A DNA stretch of 64,000 bases from Vitrella brassicaformis CCMP3155 (lineage: Eukaryota > Protista > Chromerida), in NCBI GenBank assembly GCA_001179505.1, contig CDMY01000947.1:124001-188000 (forward strand). The letters are read 5' to 3'. A program made the translations under genes and the position numbers. Under the pieces are notes generated by a model. That model was not told where the DNA came from and ran no database searches. It saw only the letters and a list, made by a program, of their open reading frames with translations. Of this stretch, positions 60,401 to 64,000 are shown one piece after another (the stretch's first letter is position 1; every line of letters starts with the position of its first letter).

Positions 60401-63400
60401 ATGGCGTAACTGAAATCATGTAGCTCCCCCTCATGACAGCCCTCGGGTCATCCCCCTCCACCACCAGCAGCGGCGCCAGCCCCAGCTCCTCTTCCTCCTC
60501 CCTGCTGGGCCACGTGTGGTTCTTCCGAGTCGGCACCGACAGATGCATCGCCTCCAGCTTGTCGCTGTCCTTCAACACGTCCTCTGGGATGGCATTGGCC
60601 CATATGGCCAGCTGCTTGCCGCCCAGAGCTGTGAGAACGAACTGCAGGGGCCGCATCAGACGCTTGGACTCGAAGTGCACCGGAAAGAGGAACACGGCCC
60701 GGTAGTCGGGGCTATCGGGGTCGGTGGACACCTCCCCCCGAACCGTCACCCCGTCCGCCAGCTTGACGGCGCCGTCAAGTGCGTCGAGGAACGAGGCAGC
60801 GTCCTTCTGCTGGCCTTTCTTGAGGGTAGCGGAGATGTCGTAATCACTGGGGCCGGATGGGGAGAGCACCTGGATGTACCAGAGGCCGGTGACATTGGCG
60901 GCATCGTGGGCTGGGTCGATGGGCGTGTGGAAGACCATTGTGGGGTAGACACGAGAGTCGAATGGGAGCGGAGTCTCTCGCTGGTCCCACTCTCCGACCT
61001 TCTTATCGGCCTCTGCAACTACTGCCGTGCCACTGGGTGTGGTCCGTGTGACGGTGAACTGAGGCTCGCCGCTGACAGGGGAGAGCGCCACCTCGAGGCT
61101 GGCGTTGCCGGTCATTCCCTCGAGCATCTCACTCACAATGGGGTAGACGAACAGAGCACTCCCATTGCTGTCGAGGTGGCCGCTGAAGGGCACGCCGCTC
61201 TGCAGACTCACCGCCCCATCAACACCACCACCACCAGCAGCATTAGAGCTAGAGGAGTTGTTCTTGTTGACGTGTTGCTGTTGTGTGATGGTGAGTTGGA
61301 AGTCTGAGGTGACGTTGGAGGTGAGGAGGATGGCGTAGTACGAGTGTGGCTCGGGCCGCAGCGGGGTGGCGGCCATGTAGGAGCGTGGCTCGGGGCCCTG
61401 CTGGCTGGCGTCCAGCTGGAAGTTGCGGACATCGCACGATGCACCGCCGTCGAAGAATTTCTGCCAAGGGAGGGCATCAATCACAGACACGTGTGGGTGG
61501 GTATGTGGGCAGCTGAGATGCGAGTGCCTGTGCGTACGTAGCATGTTTGTGAGTCGAACGGCTGGGTGTCGGATCCGCATCGTATCGCACACAGACTGGT
61601 GTGGTTGCCGCCCTGCCGAAGAGGGAGCCAGCCACACAGCACCACACACATGGCACACATTGTGTGGGGGCCGTTTTGGTGTTGTGCTGTGCACTGCAGC
61701 GGACCTCATCATCGAGCTGCATGACGAGTGGCTGTGGGTCGTCGCTCGGCACTCGAGTGAAGAAGACCATCGACTGAGACTCGTCCACCGAACCCACCTG
61801 CACCCACACACACCAGATATAACAGAGGGGTGGAATGAATCGCCATTAATGTGAAGCATCCGCCTGGCCTGTCTGTCCACGAGTGTCTGTCTGTCTGTCT
61901 TGTCTGTCTGTGTGACCTGTTGTAGGTTGGGCATGAGTCCCACAAACGGTGGGATGCCTGGCGTGTTCTCCACAACGAGAAGCGAGAAGGCGGCAAAGGT
62001 GTGGGCCGTCACGCCAATGTGATACCTGAACACGAACAAGACAGACAGCAGGGGGCGAGTGTCTGCATGCTGTGTCTGCAGCGTCGTTCGTTTGGTCGTC
62101 GCAGACCATCCTGTGGGCTTTGCCCTCCTGAGTAGGCCTTCCTTTGGAATGGTGACGCGGTGTGGACCCACGCTGTGAGACTCCCAGTGCTGAGTCGAAT
62201 CCTACACACACATACACACACATGACGTGAGATGCCCCCATACGAGAGCATACACCAGCCTGCTTCTCTCTCTCACTTTGCCTGGTATCGGGAGTGCCGT
62301 GCCGACATCAGGGGCGACGGCGATGTCCGTCTGGCCAGTGAAGGGCGTCAGGAACACTCGAGCGGCTGCCATGGCCACAGAGACATAAAGCGATTGATCC
62401 GGCGGACGTGGATGGAAGGAGTGAATCTGCCTACGTGCATCAGGGTTGGTGAGCGTGACGCGGAAGAACGCCGTCTGGCCGCGGGGCACCGCAGCAAAGT
62501 GGGGCTTGTTGACCTCGATGGGCGTCTGAATGAGAACCAGGACACGACACACGCCAAGTGGTATGCGGCTGACGGATGAACAGTCCCTCTGTCTTTGTGT
62601 GTGTGTGTGTGCAGGTGTGATGGTACGAGTGCGTCAGGTACGGTGACGTCGACAACTACATTGGCAGGCCTGTGGCCGGTCTTCTTCATCACTGTCACGT
62701 AATAACGGCCCTTCTCTGTCGGACATACATCACGTCCACACAACAGATAGATAGATACACGACAACACACACACATGGAAGCAGAGCAGCATGATCGACG
62801 GGCGGCCATGCATATCGTTGTGTGTGAGCCGACCTCTCTTGGTGGATGCCACCTGGCCGTTGAGCCATCCTACTTCAGTCGACAAAGCGTTGCTACTACT
62901 GCAGTGCACACACGTGTACACAGGCAGACAGACAGCTATGAGGTGAGATCGTCTCATTGTTGCTGTGTGTGGGTCGTGCCTGTCGGATGCGTTGCTGGCG
63001 AGTGTGGGGCTGTCTTTGTAGACGGCCATACTCACAGCATCTTCCTCACCACCAGACGGATACACACTCTGAATCAACACACACATGATTGAATGTCGGT
63101 GATAGTATCACCGTGTGTGTGTTGGTTTGGCGTACGAAAGAGAGTCTCGCATCATTCTTGGATGCCCCGGCAGCGGCACATGCATCGTCGCATACGAAGA
63201 CCAGCTGCAGGGGGCTGCCGCCCTCGATAATGGCCTCCGTCGAGTCACACGTCAGCTCCCCAGCCGACGATGATGAGCTCTCACTGTCACTGCTGTTAGT
63301 GTTGACGCTGCCATTGACGCACTGCACAGGTGAGAAGAAGGAAATCGATGGATCTATCGATCGATGCATGAGGGGTTTGGTTGCTGTGCCGTTGTCCTCT

Positions 63401-64000
63401 TCAGTGAGTGCAGTGCATACGTGTATCTCGGTGTAGTTGTCTTTGGAGTATGAGTATGTGTGCACACTCGCTGCACATGACGCGGACGCGGCACACTTGC
63501 TGCCAACCAACAGAACACCACAGAAAAGCATACATGTTAGAAAGAAACACGAGGGCTTTCTGCTGTGCTTGTGCTCACAGTTCCACGAAGAGTGCGGTGA
63601 TGCTGTTGGCCTGCACATCGGCTCGGTCAACCGACAGCAGGTCCAGGCCCTCGTCATACGCCTGACTCACACACCACAAGCGAAGCGATAAGATACATAC
63701 ACCCAAACGACACGCGTCAGGCACGGCAATCACACTCAGCAGAGCAGGCCGCCTTACGTCTGAGAGCTCGGTGCAGTTGGCCGCCCCCTCCTTCAGATAG
63801 AATACCTGCATTGACGGATCCTGCACGAACACATACGCACACACAGACAGTGCAGAGGCGATGAGAGCCCGGGGCCATTATGTTGATCTGTTCATCCCAC
63901 TGACATCGTCCGTCGAGTTGGGGATCAACGACACCACCACAGACAGATCACCACCAGCACTAGCATCACCAGCATCAGTCCCGTTGAGGTCAATCCTCAG
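54949..64000 (-). CDS. Very large type I membrane/secreted protein with repeated PPC-like beta-sandwich modules; 5' end outside the window
   Basis: More than 25 exons. Repeated GDPDLYV/GDADLYV..YYIAV.G..T.F modules, many N-X-S/T sequons, a single TM helix AVILSTVLIVVGLLVAVAVMF followed by QRRKR, and a tail ending EMTAPPR*. Confidence 0.8.

Noticed and set aside
1-64000. tRNA, rRNA, snRNA, spliced-leader or transposase/RT sequences
   Set aside because: None recognisable by eye. tRNAscan-SE, Infernal and RepeatModeler would be needed to exclude short or divergent elements.

Overview
Eukaryotic, intron-rich, gene-dense DNA. By eye it is GC-rich, and most introns are about 60-130 nt and full of (CA)n/(TG)n, (CAGA)n/(TCTG)n and (TCCA)n repeats. 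Bipartite plastid-targeting leaders, AP2-like domains and expanded BTB-TLDc, ankyrin and F-box-like families point to a chromerid alga, most likely Vitrella brassicaformis (inference, not a database match). I support 18 spliced genes: PsaM-like (-), Rab GDI (+), multi-AP2-like (-), three BTB-TLDc paralogs (+), HVA22/REEP (-), a Cys-rich hypothetical (+), an EEP-like hypothetical (-), an LRR/Cys-rich/multi-TM receptor-like gene (+), a ~7 kb low-complexity gene with a permuted internal duplication (-), an F-box-like hypothetical (+), a plastid-targeted unknown flanked by ~200 bp direct repeats (-), ankyrin (-), Eco1/ESCO (+), tandem CCCH zinc finger (-), RCC1-repeat (+) and a large type I membrane protein that runs off the right edge (-). 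I found no rRNA, tRNA, CRISPR or transposase/RT. The most notable signals are: introns with complementary 5' (CA/CAGA) and 3' (TG/TCTG) repeats that could fold to juxtapose splice sites; a recurrent AGCTCGCA motif in short divergent promoters; a nuclear PsaM-like gene; mosaic homogenisation among the BTB-TLDc paralogs; and the permuted exon+intron duplication. All exon boundaries were read by eye and are approximate unless stated.
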